Made by a program: the position numbers and the translations under genes. 64,000 nt of DNA, taken from Octopus vulgaris. Lineage: Eukaryota. This document shows, one piece after another, positions 28,979-42,734 of the stretch. The notes beneath the pieces were generated by a model that saw only the letters and a program-made list of their open reading frames with translations, was not told the origin of the DNA and ran no database searches. The first letter of the stretch is position 1, and every line of letters starts with the position of its first letter. The DNA lies in contig OX597821.1 in the NCBI GenBank assembly GCA_951406725.2, positions 79,918,001 through 79,982,000 of the forward strand. The letters run 5' to 3'.

Positions 28979-29140
28979 GTAACAACAACAACATCGAAAA
29001 ATACCTTAGGATTGAGAACCCAGTTTTGAAATTCCGCCAAGACACCTGATGAAGACTGGAGGGTATACCAGCCGAAACGTTGTGTTAACAACAACCAAGA
29101 TGAGGACAAATATCCGTCTAATGTAAATAATGTAAATAAT
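28820..29140 (+). mobile_element. Non-autonomous Penelope-like element with tRNA-like segment, hammerhead and inverted terminal segment
   Basis: 28820-28858 is an inverted copy of 29102-29140; B-box gttcgattcc at 28901-28910; internal (AAT)n; hammerhead at 29042-29085. Confidence 0.7.
29042..29085 (+). ncRNA. Minimal type I hammerhead ribozyme
   Basis: acac-CTGATGA-a-gactgg[agggtata]ccagcc-GAAA-cg-TT-gtgt; stem I is acac/gtgt and aacgtt is self-complementary. Confidence 0.8.
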
Positions 29141-29562
29141 AAAGTTATCGTAAACCTTGGTAGAGTTGGACTATGGTCAAAGGCATTCCACATTTGACCA
29201 TTCCATCTACATTTATATCTCGGATTTTATTACCGAATGAATCCTTTACGTTTTAAGATTACGTACATTTAATTTGGGGTCAGTTCTCACTTGCTGGATT
29301 GCTTGTTGACTAATATAGCCATGATGGTGATGACGTTGATGAGGTTTGTTGGCATTGATATAATGCCATAGATATTTAGGAGTGGAATATTGTTAACTGA
29401 CCACCGAATATAACTGGTACTCAATAACCCGAAATGAAATAATGAGTAATAACAGCAGCAGCAGCAGCAGCAGTAGTAGCAGACGTACAATTAATAAATG
29501 AAGAAAGGAAATAGAAACGAGAGAACAGTAAGAAAGAAAATTAGAAAGGCAAAACGGGAAGG

Positions 29563-29660
29563 CGAAGAAGAAGAAGAAGAAGAAGAAGAAGAAGAAGAAG
29601 AAGAAGAAGAAGAAGAAGAAGAAGAAGAAGAAGAAGATGATGATGATGATGATGATGATA
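29563..29660. repeat. (GAA)n(GAT)n microsatellite
   Basis: Read directly from the sequence. Confidence 0.95.
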
Positions 29661-30402
29661 AAGAAGAAGATTATGGAAAAAGAAAAGGCTACGGAAAAAG
29701 ATTATGAACGAAAATTTTGGAAAACAAGAAAGATGCTTTCTGTTGTAGGCACATGGCCAGGAATTTTAAGAAGAGGGATTAGTTGATGCCGTCGACCCTG
29801 GTACTTGATAAATACGTTATTTTATTGATTCCAAAAGAGATGAAAAAGCAAAGTTGACTTCAGTGGAATTTGAGGACAGACGAAAAATTTTGGAAGAAAA
29901 AAAGTTGTAAAGTATTTTCTCCGAGACGTAAACGATCCTACCCAGTTTGCCACCTTTAAGAAAACAGCGATAATTCCTTCAACGTTTTGGAACAAGGCCA
30001 GCAGCTTTTGAGTCAATCGCATCGACCCCCAGCTACTTTATTTCATGGACTCTGAAAGGACGGAAGATAAAGTTGACCCCCGGGGGAATTTGAACTCAGA
30101 ACGTAAAGAGCCGGAGAACCAGTAGAAATTTCGCTATCCATATTGTCCGGAATGCTAATAGTTCTGTCAGCTCAAGAAAAAAAAAGCAACAAAAAACAAA
30201 AAAAGAAAAGCAAAAGTAGAAACGTTAAATTAAAATTTGGTACTTATTCTATCGGGTATTTTGCCGAACCGCTAAGTTATGAGGACGTAAACAAACCAAT
30301 GCTATTTGTTAAACTGTAGTGGTGGTGGCGTAAAGACAGACGAAATGCCGCTAAGCATTTTGCTTTACGTGCTAATGATTCTGCTAGCTCGCCGCCTTAA
30401 TG

Positions 30403-30461
<59 letters not shown>

Positions 30462-30462
<1 letters not shown>

Positions 30463-31009
30463 TACAGTACCAGGCAGTGGCTCTCATGGCTTCTGATCTT
30501 AACTGATTGGAAGTGTTATCATGTACATTGTTTTGTCTTGGTATAAAAGATGGGCTACAGCAAATATTCTGCTCAATACCCCAGATTTGCTTGTCAGTTG
30601 TTTGACCTTAACCAGTTGAGCATTTCCCTTAGTGGCTGACGATATGTGCATCTCTGATCACGAGCAGAAGTAGTGGGGGAGCATCATAGCCATGTGTTGA
30701 GAGGGATTCTTTGGGGTTTGAATAATTCACCTCTGGAAACATGGGTGGTTCTTTCAACATCCTTAAACAACCTTTATTCAGGGACCGCTTGAGCGGGATG
30801 GGCTACTCAACCTGAAGAAAATTCTAACTGGGCCCCACCTGCAAGGTCATGTGCTGTTTATCTTGATATGAGATCACCATGTCGCGCACATATGGTTGTG
30901 ATGCATGTGCCTGGTGTGCCCTTATCAGACGGGTAGTCATGATGGGTATATTGGGCTTCGTATATTTTACCCCAGTGTCACTTTGATGGCATGCACTGCT
31001 CTCTCACTC
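30462..31009. mobile_element. Non-coding insertion within (AAT)n, possibly the 3' UTR of a TAA-targeting retroelement
   Basis: A GC-richer block with sharp edges, flanked on both sides by AAT runs. The Dong/R4 assignment is inference only. Confidence 0.5.
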
Positions 31010-31025
31010 AATAATAATAATAATG

Positions 31026-31061
<36 letters not shown>

Positions 31062-31063
31062 GT

Positions 31064-31370
31064 CCTTTCTACTGAAGGCACAAGACCATGAAATTTTGTG
31101 GGAGAGGGGTAGTCGATTACATCAACCCAGTGTTTCACTGGTACTTGATTTATCGTTCCCGAAAGAATCTTTTCTACTCTAGGCACAAGGCCCGAAATTT
31201 TGGGGAGGCCAGTCGATTAGATCGACCCCAGTACGCAACTGGTACTTAATTTATCGACCCCGAAAGGATGAAAGGCAAAGTCGACCTCAGCACAATTTGA
31301 ACTCAGCACGTAAAGACGGACGAAATGATGTTAAGCATTTTACCCGGCGTGCTAACGATTCTGCCAGCTT
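31064..31370 (-). mobile_element. SINE family A (nested pair)
   Basis: Matches to 717-1330. Confidence 0.8.
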
Positions 31371-31622
31371 CCTAGATCTGTGATATTGATACCATTAATG
31401 TTACTTTTTGATTCTTTGTAAGTTAACTCCTATAGGAGAAACCTAAGCTGAGTGGGAATTCCAAAGAGCTGAATTCCAAAGAGTAGGAAATAAAGAGAGA
31501 CTTGGACGTAGATAATAGGTAATGAGGTGCCTGGTGGGGGTTGAATAAAACAAGGGTGATAGTAGGATGAGAAATAAGCGGGTCAAGAACTGAAAAAAGA
31601 AGAAAAAAAAAAGAAAAAACTG

Positions 31623-31942
31623 GCACTTCGTCGGTTGCAACGACGAATGTTATAGTTGATCCAATCAACGGAACAAACTGCTCGTGAAATTAACGTGCAA
31701 GTGGCTGAGTACACCACTTACAAACGTACCCTTAATGAAGTTCTCAGGGAGATTCAGTATCACACAAAATGTGACGAGGCCGGCCCTTTGAGTTACAGGT
31801 TCTACTCAGTTTTGACAGCTAAGTGGAGTGGAACAAAGCTAAATACAGCGTCTTGCTCTAGGGGACAATGCACTGACAGGAATCGAATTCACGACCTTTC
31901 GATCGTGAGGTGAATACCCCTGACCACTTTGCAACGCGTCTT
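31623..31942 (-). mobile_element. SINE family C, diverged
   Basis: Reverse-complement match to 12756-13072. Confidence 0.75.
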
Positions 31943-32197
31943 CACCGGGTCAAGAACTCTTCAATGAAGAAGGCATGTACCTGGTCAACTCTGAAGAATA
32001 GAGGCCATGATAGCAACGGCAGAAAGGGGCAGAGTGAGAGAGAGGGAGAAAGAAAGAGAGAGAGAGAAAGAGAGAGGGGCAGAGAGACTGAGAGAGGGAG
32101 GGAGATAAGGAGGGAAAGAGAAAGAGGGAGAGAGAGAGGGGGGAGAACTGAAATAACGCAATCGTGACTAAGAATGGTAATTTCTGAATGCATTTTC

Positions 32198-32256
<59 letters not shown>

Positions 32257-33806
32257 ATCCTATTATAATCATTCCTCCACCTGTGAAATAAACTAGTGAC
32301 TTGACCGAAAAAACAAAAACAGACAGAAAAAGACGCGATTGTCACGGCTGGAATATCTTTAATCATACGCCTAGTCGTTGGTGTCGATCTGCAGCTACAA
32401 CAACAGCAATATCAACAGCCACAACAACAGCAACAAGAAGAAGACACCTCGATGTCTCTCATCAGTCAACGTTATTCCTCTTGAGTTGCTGTTGTTGTTA
32501 TTGTTGTTGTTGTTGTTGCTGCTGCTGCTGCTGGTGTTATTGTTGTTTGTTGCCGCTATTGTTTTATAATTGCAACTTTTCATTCTTTCGATATTGCTCT
32601 TATTGTTTATTATATTGTTGTTGTTGGTACTAATGTTGTTGTAGTTGTTATTGTTTCTGCGGTTATAATTGTTGATTTAAATACCTTGGCTTAAAAAAGA
32701 AAAAAAAAAAGAGATGTGTGGCGCTAAGAAGAATTATTGCCACAGGGCCCTATCAGTTTCACCATTCACTGATATCACACTCCGCACCGCAACACAACAC
32801 GCCACACCGTACCCCTCATTTCTCACCCACCTCCCACTCATACACTACACAGCGTCCACCACCGCCATTACCACCTACACGCACATAATCATTATTACAA
32901 TAAGCCCCGTCTTCCACCCGCACCATCACTATTCTCCAACCGCGCATACATCACGACATACCACAGACACAATTCTAAACACCACACCACCCTCACACAT
33001 GTTTTCGTTTCGTACGCCCCCCACCGCCACCGCCGCCACTCAACCATTGTGGACACACCCACAAACCATTAGACCAGACATCTTCCTATCAGCAGAGATA
33101 TCTTTTCCCTTATCCTATCTCTGAACTGAACCCCTCGCCGTTACCTGCGGCACCACTGCCGCCCCTCGCTGCGCAGACCCAATGCACCTTCACCCCGGAC
33201 AACGTCACCAACCAGCAACCACCACCACCACCACCACCACCAGCATCAACACTAACATCACTACCAACAACCATCGTGAGTTAACAAGAGGAATCTTTAC
33301 GCGGTCGTTCGACTTGTTAGAAACAACAGCCAAATCGGTCTCAAATTACACTGCCTTAGAAAAGGTATGCGTTGTGTAACGTGATCCTGAGTTCTTTAGT
33401 GCACAAAGAAAATATAGGATGGCCATGGACGGAATGTATTTGATCATAGACATGATAGCGCTGACGTGGGGCTAAACGACAGCAACATCAACGATAACAA
33501 TGATGGAGGCAGCACACAACAGCAACAAGAACAACATCCAACACAGATGATTCTCGATACAATCAGAGCAAACATCATTATATATACTACCTCCGACACC
33601 ATCACAATTTCGCCATTACAGCTGCCACTGCGATCACCACCATTATGACGACGCCATTATAGACGGTCCTCTACAGGCCAAGCTACAGCAATATCACCTC
33701 CAGCAGCAGCAGCAGCAGCAGCAGCACTACGACAATTGCCAGCACCAGCTAGTAACACTATCATCATCATCATCGTCCACATCATCATTCATATCAGCAT
33801 CATTAC

Positions 33807-33842
<36 letters not shown>

Positions 33843-34095
33843 CATCATCATCGACATTATCATCATCATCATCGACATTATCATCATCATCATCGACATT
33901 ATCATCATCATCATTATCTCTACATCATCATCGACATTATCATCATCATCATCATCATCTACATCATCATCCTCATCCTCCACCTCATCATCATCATCAT
34001 CCACATCATTCACATCATCCACACATCATCATCATCATTCTAAGTAGCAGTACTAGTGTAAACATATTCCAGACTCCTTCTCCTCCTCCTCCCCA

Positions 34096-34137
<42 letters not shown>

Positions 34138-34139
34138 GC

Positions 34140-34171
<32 letters not shown>

Positions 34172-34932
34172 TTGCTGCTGCTGTTGCTGCTGCTGCTGCT
34201 AAGTTCTGAGTACTAAAATCTAATGTACACTTACACAAAACTACCCTCCACCACTACCGCCACCACTGCCGCTGCCGTCATCGCCACCATTACCACTCCT
34301 ACCATCCCTCATTAGAGTCCCATCACCACAAAGCGACCAAGAAGCTACTTCACCGCCTTTTTTACGTAGCCCACCCCACCCCCATACACCAACTGCATCT
34401 ACATACACATGGCCTCACAACACGCATACATGCGTGTACACACATATAGCACAGGCATACACACACACACACACACAACACACACACACGCATACACATT
34501 GTCTCTCTCTCAGAAATACACACAAACCAAAACATCACCACAACATCAACCACCACCACCACCATCACCACCACCGCTACCATCACTTCCCCAACGACGA
34601 CTACTACCTTCACCACTCCTACCACTAGCACTCAACCAACTCTATTCCCACCACCACCACCTCCCTACCCACTACCAGTGCAACGCATCAATTTTCCAGA
34701 AAGGAAACAAAATGGTGGAACACTTTCGCAGCAAACGTTTCTTCCTTTGTTTCGTTCCATCGACACCCCCCTCCCCACCTCCACACCCGTCACCAACAAA
34801 AACAACGCCGACCTCGACTACGAAGACCGCTACCGACGGCAGCGCCACCGTCACCAACGCCCCGCCCCAACAGCAACAGCAACAGCAACAACAATAACAA
34901 GAACGTCATCGCCAACAATAACAACTACATAA

Positions 34933-35173
34933 CTCTTTTACTTGTTTCAGTCATTTGAGTGTGGCCATGTTGGAGCACCGCCTTTAGTCGAGCAAATCGA
35001 CCCCAGGACTTATTCTTCGTAAACCTAGTACTTATTCTATCGGTCTGTTTTGCCGAACCGCTAAGTTACGGGGACGTAAACACACCAGTATCGGTTGTCA
35101 TGCGATGTTGGGGGACAAACACAGACACACAAACACACACACACACACATACATACATACATACATACATACA

Positions 35174-35205
<32 letters not shown>

Positions 35206-35385
35206 CATATACATATATATATATATATACGACAGGCTTCTTTCAGTTTTCGCCAACCGAATCCACTCACAAGGCTTTGGTCGGCCCGAGGCTATAGTAG
35301 AAGACACTTTCCCAAGGTGTCCCGCAGAGGGACTGAACCTGGAACCGTGTGGTTAGTAAGCAAGCTACTTACCACGCAGCCACTC
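34933..35385 (-). mobile_element. SINE family B, full length
   Basis: Reverse-complement match to 2171-2560. Confidence 0.85.
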
Positions 35386-36102
35386 ACACACATACGCACG
35401 CGGAGACAACGAATACGGTGAGGGAGAAGAAGAATTAGAAGGAGGAAACAATAACAAATCAATAGAAAAAACAAACAATAGCAAATCGTAAATACCTCTC
35501 CCTCCTTGCCCACCACAACAAAGAAAATACTCAACAGAGGATGACTAGTTATTTATATATATACACACACACACACACATACACGCATGAACGCAAAAGA
35601 ATAAAAAATATACCTAAAGGAGTGGGCAAGAAGATAGAAATACTCCAATCTGAGATGTGTTGAAACTAAAAATGATTGTATTATGGTTGAGCCATTATAG
35701 CCATAATTATACACACGCACTGATATATTTCATTTTTACACTTTTATTATTTTGATAATGATTATTATTGAGCGAGTGAGATTTTTTCTACATATTGGCC
35801 TAGCGAGTGTGCGCGCGTACATTTGTGTGTGTGTGTGTGGTGGGGGGTATATGTGTGTAGAAATAACCACGTGATTTACTGAAACACATCAACCCACTCA
35901 TACATGTATGTATGTATATATACATACATACATTCATATATTATCTATGTCTATCTATCTCTCTCTCTCTCTCTCTAGATATATATATATATATACATAT
36001 AAACATACATACACACACACACATATATGTATACACACACACACACATATATATATATATATGTATACACATACAGACACATATATGTATATACATACAT
36101 AT

Positions 36103-36148
<46 letters not shown>

Positions 36149-36855
36149 GTATATATATATTTGTGTATGTGTGTGTGTGTACATATATCTCTGTTTGTAT
36201 GGATATAAGGTTGTATATATATATATATATGTGTGTGTGTGTATATATATATATTTGTATATATATGCACATGCATACATACACACACACACATACACTA
36301 ATACACATATACACGCGGAGACGACGAATACGGTGAGGGAGAAGAAAAAGTAGGAGGAAGAAGGGGGAGAGAATAAAGATACAGAAAAAGAGAAAAAAAA
36401 ATCCAGAAAAAAGTGAATATAGGAGGAGATGGCGAAGGAGTAGAAGTTCGAGAAGCTTAATCAGGTTGTCGCATGGTACGAAGGAGAAAGAGTAGGTGAG
36501 GTTTTTTGGTGGAAGCAAAACAGATCTTTCGAGGAACACTAACTTGCACAGCTGGAATTTGTTAAATTTTATTAACGCTCCTCTCCCCCTTACTCCATTT
36601 CCCATCATTTATGCTCCCGCTGCATTTAAAATATCCGCCATTTTTGTTGCGCTGCTCGCCCTTCCTACTCAATAGTTTTTCCCACCTTTCAAATGGCCCG
36701 CAAACAGAAGAAACTCTATGTAATCTGTATACAACAGCGCCCTCTACAGATAACCTGACAGTTCTTGTTTTGTTTTTCATACAATCACAACATATTTAAT
36801 ATTATGCATGTAATATACACATGCTACCTTGTATGTGAGTGTGAATAGCTGTAAG

Positions 36856-36890
<35 letters not shown>

Positions 36891-36972
36891 CATACATACA
36901 TATTTATATATACATACATATATATATATGTATATATACATATATATATATATGTATATATACATATATATA

Positions 36973-37033
<61 letters not shown>

Positions 37034-37095
37034 GTATATATACACATATATATATATATGTATATATACACACATATATATATATATGTATATAT

Positions 37096-37150
<55 letters not shown>

Positions 37151-37429
37151 TTAATAAGGGTGAGAGAATTAGATACTAATTTAATAGTATATTTATTCCA
37201 CACCAAGTGGCCTAGTGCTACGAGAAACCTGGATTATTATAATATTTTATAACATATTATAATATTTTCACAAAATAAATATAAGAGAGTGTTCACTATA
37301 TTGATCACTCTAGCACCAGTTAATCCAAGAGGTTTCAACCACGAAAAATACATGTTTCCCATGAAAGCCGGTACGACTGTTAGCTCACACGGACAGGGCA
37401 AATAAAAAATAACAAAAATACAGATTATT

Positions 37430-37505
37430 TTGGGACAATTGTTTCGCTATTAATGAATTAAATGTAATATTACTTACAGTAATCCATTTGTAGCTCTTCA
37501 GCCAA
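37430..37505 (-). ncRNA. Type I hammerhead ribozyme, copy 1
   Basis: Reverse complement of 39210-39285. Confidence 0.88.
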
Positions 37506-37963
37506 GACTATCTGGATGAAATCCACTCAATCACACGCCAGATTTTACCATAACGATAAATACGCGTGCGGTTCAATTGATTACATCGGACGTTATAATT
37601 CAAATGCCCCAACCAACAGCGCGCCAAATTCTCACGGAAAACAAATACAGCATTTAGAAATAAATGCAGCATAATTATAATTAATTAATAAGGGTGAGAG
37701 AATTAGATACTAATTTAATAGTATATTTATTCCACACCAAGTGGCCTAGTGCTACGAGAAACCTGGATTATTATAATATTTTATAACATATTATAATATT
37801 TTCACAAAATAAATATAAGAGAGTGTTCACTATATTGATCACTCTAGCACCAGTTAATCCAAGAGGTTTCAACCACGAAAAATACATGTTTCCCATGAAA
37901 GCCGGTACGACTGTTAGCTCACACGGACAGGGCAAATAAAAAATAACAAAATTACAGATTATT

Positions 37964-38039
37964 TTGGGACAATTGTTTCGCTATTAATGAATTAAATGTA
38001 ATATTACTTACAGTAATCCATTTGTAGCTCTTCAGCCAA
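37964..38039 (-). ncRNA. Type I hammerhead ribozyme, copy 2
   Basis: Copy 1 shifted by +534. Confidence 0.88.
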
Positions 38040-38497
38040 GACTATCTGGATGAAATCCACTCAATCACACGCCAGATTTTACCATAACGATAAATACGCG
38101 TGCGGTTCAATTGATTACATCGGACGTTATAATTCAAATGCCCCAACCAACAGCGCGCCAAATTCTCACGGAAAACAAATACAGCATTTAGAAATAAATG
38201 CAGCATAATTATAATTAATTAATAAGGGTGAGAGAATTAGATACTAATTTAATAGTATATTTATTCCACACCAAGTGGCCTAGTGCTACGAGAAACCTGG
38301 ATTATTATAATATTTTATAACATATTATAATATTTTCACAAAATAAATATAAGAGAGTGTTCACTATATTGATCACTCTAGCACCAGTTAATCCAAGAGG
38401 TTTCAACCACGAAAAATACATGTTTCCCATGAAAGCCGGTACGACTGTTAGCTCACACGGACAGGGCAAATAAAAAATAACAAAAATACAGATTATT

Positions 38498-38573
38498 TTG
38501 GGACAATTGTTTCGCTATTAATGAATTAAATGTAATATTACTTACAGTAATCCATTTGTAGCTCTTCAGCCAA
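38498..38573 (-). ncRNA. Type I hammerhead ribozyme, copy 3
   Basis: Copy 1 shifted by +1068. Confidence 0.88.
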
Positions 38574-39209
38574 GACTATCTGGATGAAATCCACTCAATC
38601 ACACGCCAGATTTTACCATAACGATAAATACGCGTGCGGTTCAATTGATTACATCGGACGTTATAATTCAAATGCCCCAACCAACAGCGCGCCAAATTCT
38701 CACGGAAAACAAATACAGCATTTAGAAATAAATGCAGCATAATTATAATTAATTAATCTGTATTTTTGTTATTTTTTATTTGCCCTGTCCGTGTGAGCTA
38801 ACAGTCGTACCGGCTTTCATGGGAAACATGTATTTTTCGTGGTTGAAACCTCTTGGATTAACTGGTGCTAGAGTGATCAATATAGTGAACACTCTCTTAT
38901 ATTTATTTTGTGAAAATATTATAATATGTTATAAAATATTATAATAATCCAGGTTTCTCGTAGCACTAGGCCACTTGGTGTGGAATAAATATACTATTAA
39001 ATTAGTATCTAATTCTCTCACCCTTATTAATTAATTATAATTATGCTGCATTTATTTCTAAATGCTGTATTTGTTTTCCGTGAGAATTTGGCGCGCTGTT
39101 GGTTGGGGCATTTGAATTATAACGTCCGATGTAATCAATTGAACCGCACGCGTATTTATCGTTATGGTAAAATCTGGCGTGTGATTGAGTGGATTTCATC
39201 CAGATAGTC

Positions 39210-39285
39210 TTGGCTGAAGAGCTACAAATGGATTACTGTAAGTAATATTACATTTAATTCATTAATAGCGAAACAATTGTCCCAA
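39210..39285 (+). ncRNA. Type I hammerhead ribozyme, copy 4
   Basis: ttgg-CTGAAGA-gcta[caaatggatt...aattcattaa]tagc-GAAA-caattg-TC-ccaa: intact core, GUC triplet, predicted cleavage after 39281. Confidence 0.9.
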
Positions 39286-39743
39286 AATAATCTGTATTTT
39301 TGTTATTTTTTATTTGCCCTGTCCGTGTGAGCTAACAGTCGTACCGGCTTTCATGGGAAACATGTATTTTTCGTGGTTGAAACCTCTTGGATTAACTGGT
39401 GCTAGAGTGATCAATATAGTGAACACTCTCTTATATTTATTTTGTGAAAATATTATAATATGTTATAAAATATTATAATAATCCAGGTTTCTCGTAGCAC
39501 TAGGCCACTTGGTGTGGAATAAATATACTATTAAATTAGTATCTAATTCTCTCACCCTTATTAATTAATTATAATTATGCTGCATTTATTTCTAAATGCT
39601 GTATTTGTTTTCCGTGAGAATTTGGCGCGCTGTTGGTTGGGGCATTTGAATTATAACGTCCGATGTAATCAATTGAACCGCACGCGTATTTATCGTTATG
39701 GTAAAATCTGGCGTGTGATTGAGTGGATTTCATCCAGATAGTC

Positions 39744-39819
39744 TTGGCTGAAGAGCTACAAATGGATTACTGTAAGTAATATTACATTTAATTCATTAAT
39801 AGCGAAACAATTGTCCCAA
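39744..39819 (+). ncRNA. Type I hammerhead ribozyme, copy 5
   Basis: Identical to copy 4, shifted by +534. Confidence 0.9.
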
Positions 39820-40277
39820 AATAATCTGTATTTTTGTTATTTTTTATTTGCCCTGTCCGTGTGAGCTAACAGTCGTACCGGCTTTCATGGGAAACATGTA
39901 TTTTTCGTGGTTGAAACCTCTTGGATTAACTGGTGCTAGAGTGATCAATATAGTGAACACTCTCTTATATTTATTTTGTGAAAATATTATAATATGTTAT
40001 AAAATATTATAATAATCCAGGTTTCTCGTAGCACTAGGCCACTTGGTGTGGAATAAATATACTATTAAATTAGTATCTAATTCTCTCACCCTTATTAATT
40101 AATTATAATTATGCTGCATTTATTTCTAAATGCTGTATTTGTTTTCCGTGAGAATTTGGCGCGCTGTTGGTTGGGGCATTTGAATTATAACGTCCGATGT
40201 AATCAATTGAACCGCACGCGTATTTATCGTTATGGTAAAATCTGGCGTGTGATTGAGTGGATTTCATCCAGATAGTC

Positions 40278-40353
40278 TTGGCTGAAGAGCTACAAATGGA
40301 TTACTGTAAGTAATATTACATTTAATTCATTAATAGCGAAACAATTGTCCCAA
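40278..40353 (+). ncRNA. Type I hammerhead ribozyme, copy 6
   Basis: Identical to copy 4, shifted by +1068. Confidence 0.9.
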
Positions 40354-40505
40354 AATAATCTGTATTTTTGTTATTTTTTATTTGCCCTGTCCGTGTGAGC
40401 TAACAGTCGTACCGGCTTTCATGGGAAACATGTATTTTTCGTGGTTGAAACCTCTTGGATTAACTGGTGCTAGAGTGATCAATATAGTGAACACTCTCTT
40501 ATATT

Positions 40506-40729
<224 letters not shown>

Positions 40730-40739
40730 GTATATATAA

Positions 40740-42017
40740 GGACGATATGCAAATGTAGTGCGCAGTAACCCAACAAATGGCCAGCTTCACCCAGATGTGA
40801 GAAGGGCAGCAGCTGAACAGCAATCTTTTTTGTGCATGGCACAAAAAATTGTTCAGCAGCTGACCTGGCTACAAGCATAAAGCTGGAACTACTACCACAT
40901 AAGGCCACCACCAACAGATGCAGGATGGCCACCACAGACACCAACACACACACCACAAAAATATTTCTACTGAACGTAGGAGGGCTACTGCGCGGCAACT
41001 TTAAAAGGAAAATCTCATTCCTGAGAGACCTTGTGACATGCAATCAAGCCGTATGCATGGCACTCACAGAAACGCATCTCGGACCCGATATAGGGGATGC
41101 AGAAATACACATGCCGCAATATGCAGTCATACGCTCAGATAGAAAAGGGAGGAGCCATGGTGGAGTTGCAATGTACATCCGAGATGACTTCACGCCCCAG
41201 GTCCTGTTGTCATATTCAAACTCAGTGTGTGAAACTCAAATTGTACACATAAGACAACTGAATATCGTCATATGCACTACATATCGCCCACCAGATGCCC
41301 CAAATCACTCAGGCATGTTTGAAGACTGCCTAACAAAAATAGGAGAAGTCCTCACCAACCTTAAACAACACAGCAGTGTATTCTTCATGGGTGACTTTAA
41401 CTTCCCCAATGTGGAATGGCCTGGCGGGCAGATGCACTCAGGGATGACACACCATCAGCCGACACCATCAGCTGCTCCATCTCACAAATGCCTCTTTCAT
41501 GGAGCAAATAGTTCTGCAACCAACAAGGGCAGATAATATACTGGATCTCTGCTTCACAAACAATATGGATATTATCCATAATGTTAAAGTGATGTCGACA
41601 ATGATCTCGGATCACAACATAATAGAGCTGTCTATGTATGGACCAAAAACCCCGTAGACACACAGCCTATACGAAGCATCCACCATCTCTCCAACTTAAA
41701 ATTTCATAAAGCAAACTGGAAGTTGATTGAGAAAGAGATCCTCAAACAGGATTGGCCTGAATGTCTCACCACTCCGGACATAAACATGAAACACAAACGT
41801 TTCATGTCCATAATACAAGCCATATGTAACAAATATGTCCCAGTGTGCAGGGCCAGCACACACAAAAACAAAAGCAGGATCCCTAGAGAAAGGAAGATTC
41901 TTATGAGACGACGGACAAGGATTGCGAACCGCCTGAGCAAGCACACCAAAAGTGGTGAGAAGTCTCGGCTCGAGAGAATGCTAATGGAAATTGAAAAAAG
42001 TCTGCATCAGTCCCATG
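40740..42017 (+). pseudogene. CR1-group LINE: ORF2 AP-endonuclease domain and linker (frameshifted), probable ATG at 40925
   Basis: APE motifs LLNVGGL, ALTETHL, RSDR...GGVAMYI, YRPPD, MGDFNFP, ILDLCFTN and SDHNII; then FHKANW linker. Confidence 0.9.
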
Positions 42018-42052
42018 AAAATTTTCTAGTTACAGTCATTCATCAGGTGGTT

Positions 42053-42099
<47 letters not shown>

Positions 42100-42109
42100 A
42101 TGTATATAT

Positions 42110-42325
42110 TCCAACATCACCATCAAAATACAGGTCCAGATACTGCAACAGCTTGGGTTTCAGAGGACCACAGCTCTTTAACATCCTCCCTAAATGCCTG
42201 AGAGACTTACATGGTGTGGATGTGGGTTTTTTAAAACTAAACTGGATCTCTTCTTGTCGGGGGTCCCATATGAACCTACCTCACGACAGGAGACACAGAT
42301 GCGGGCAGCGACATCGAACTCCCTT
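42110..42325 (+). pseudogene. CR1-group LINE ORF2 extreme C-terminus
   Basis: NSLGFRGPQLFNILPKCLRDL; homologous to 27635-27810. The 3' tail resumes at 43088-43185. Confidence 0.75.
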
Positions 42326-42351
42326 GTTTATATTATTTAAAAATATAATAT

Positions 42352-42669
42352 TTATCTTGGCGAGGTTTAAACCTCGCCAAGATAACTATTTAAATCACCT
42401 GATGAATGACTGTAACTAGAAAATTTAAAGAAATTAACAGCCATGAAACGATCGTAGTGATATATTAATTATATTTTTTAAATAATTTTGTTATATTTTT
42501 AAATAATATAAATTAAATAATCTTATGTATTGGCTTAAGTTTTTCATTGTATGATTTGCCTAATAGTGGTTTTGTCTCTAATTTAATATAATATAATATT
42601 TTACTATAAAATTGGATTCAATCCTAAATCTGATTTTGCCCTGTAAGTTTGGATTTATTCCCTAATATT

Positions 42670-42672
<3 letters not shown>
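42352..42672 (+). mobile_element. Hammerhead-bearing Penelope-like fold-back element
   Basis: Perfect palindrome ttatcttggcgaggtttaaacctcgccaagataa, then a hammerhead and an AT-rich tail ending in (TA)n. An inverted partial copy lies at 42018-42059. Confidence 0.75.
42394..42461 (+). ncRNA. Type I hammerhead ribozyme
   Basis: atcac-CTGATGA-atgactgt...acagccat-GAAA-cgatcg-TA-gtgat. Confidence 0.85.

Positions 42673-42734
<62 letters not shown>

Larger units (their letters stand above)
37146..38756 (-). repeat. Three tandem 534-bp hammerhead-bearing units (ribozyme sense on the minus strand)
   Basis: agggtgagagaattag starts at 37157, 37691 and 38225 (period 534). I saw only one substitution between copies. 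Confidence 0.97.

Noticed and set aside
32440-32470. Minus-strand CTGATGA followed by a hairpin
   Set aside because: No GAAA after the hairpin.
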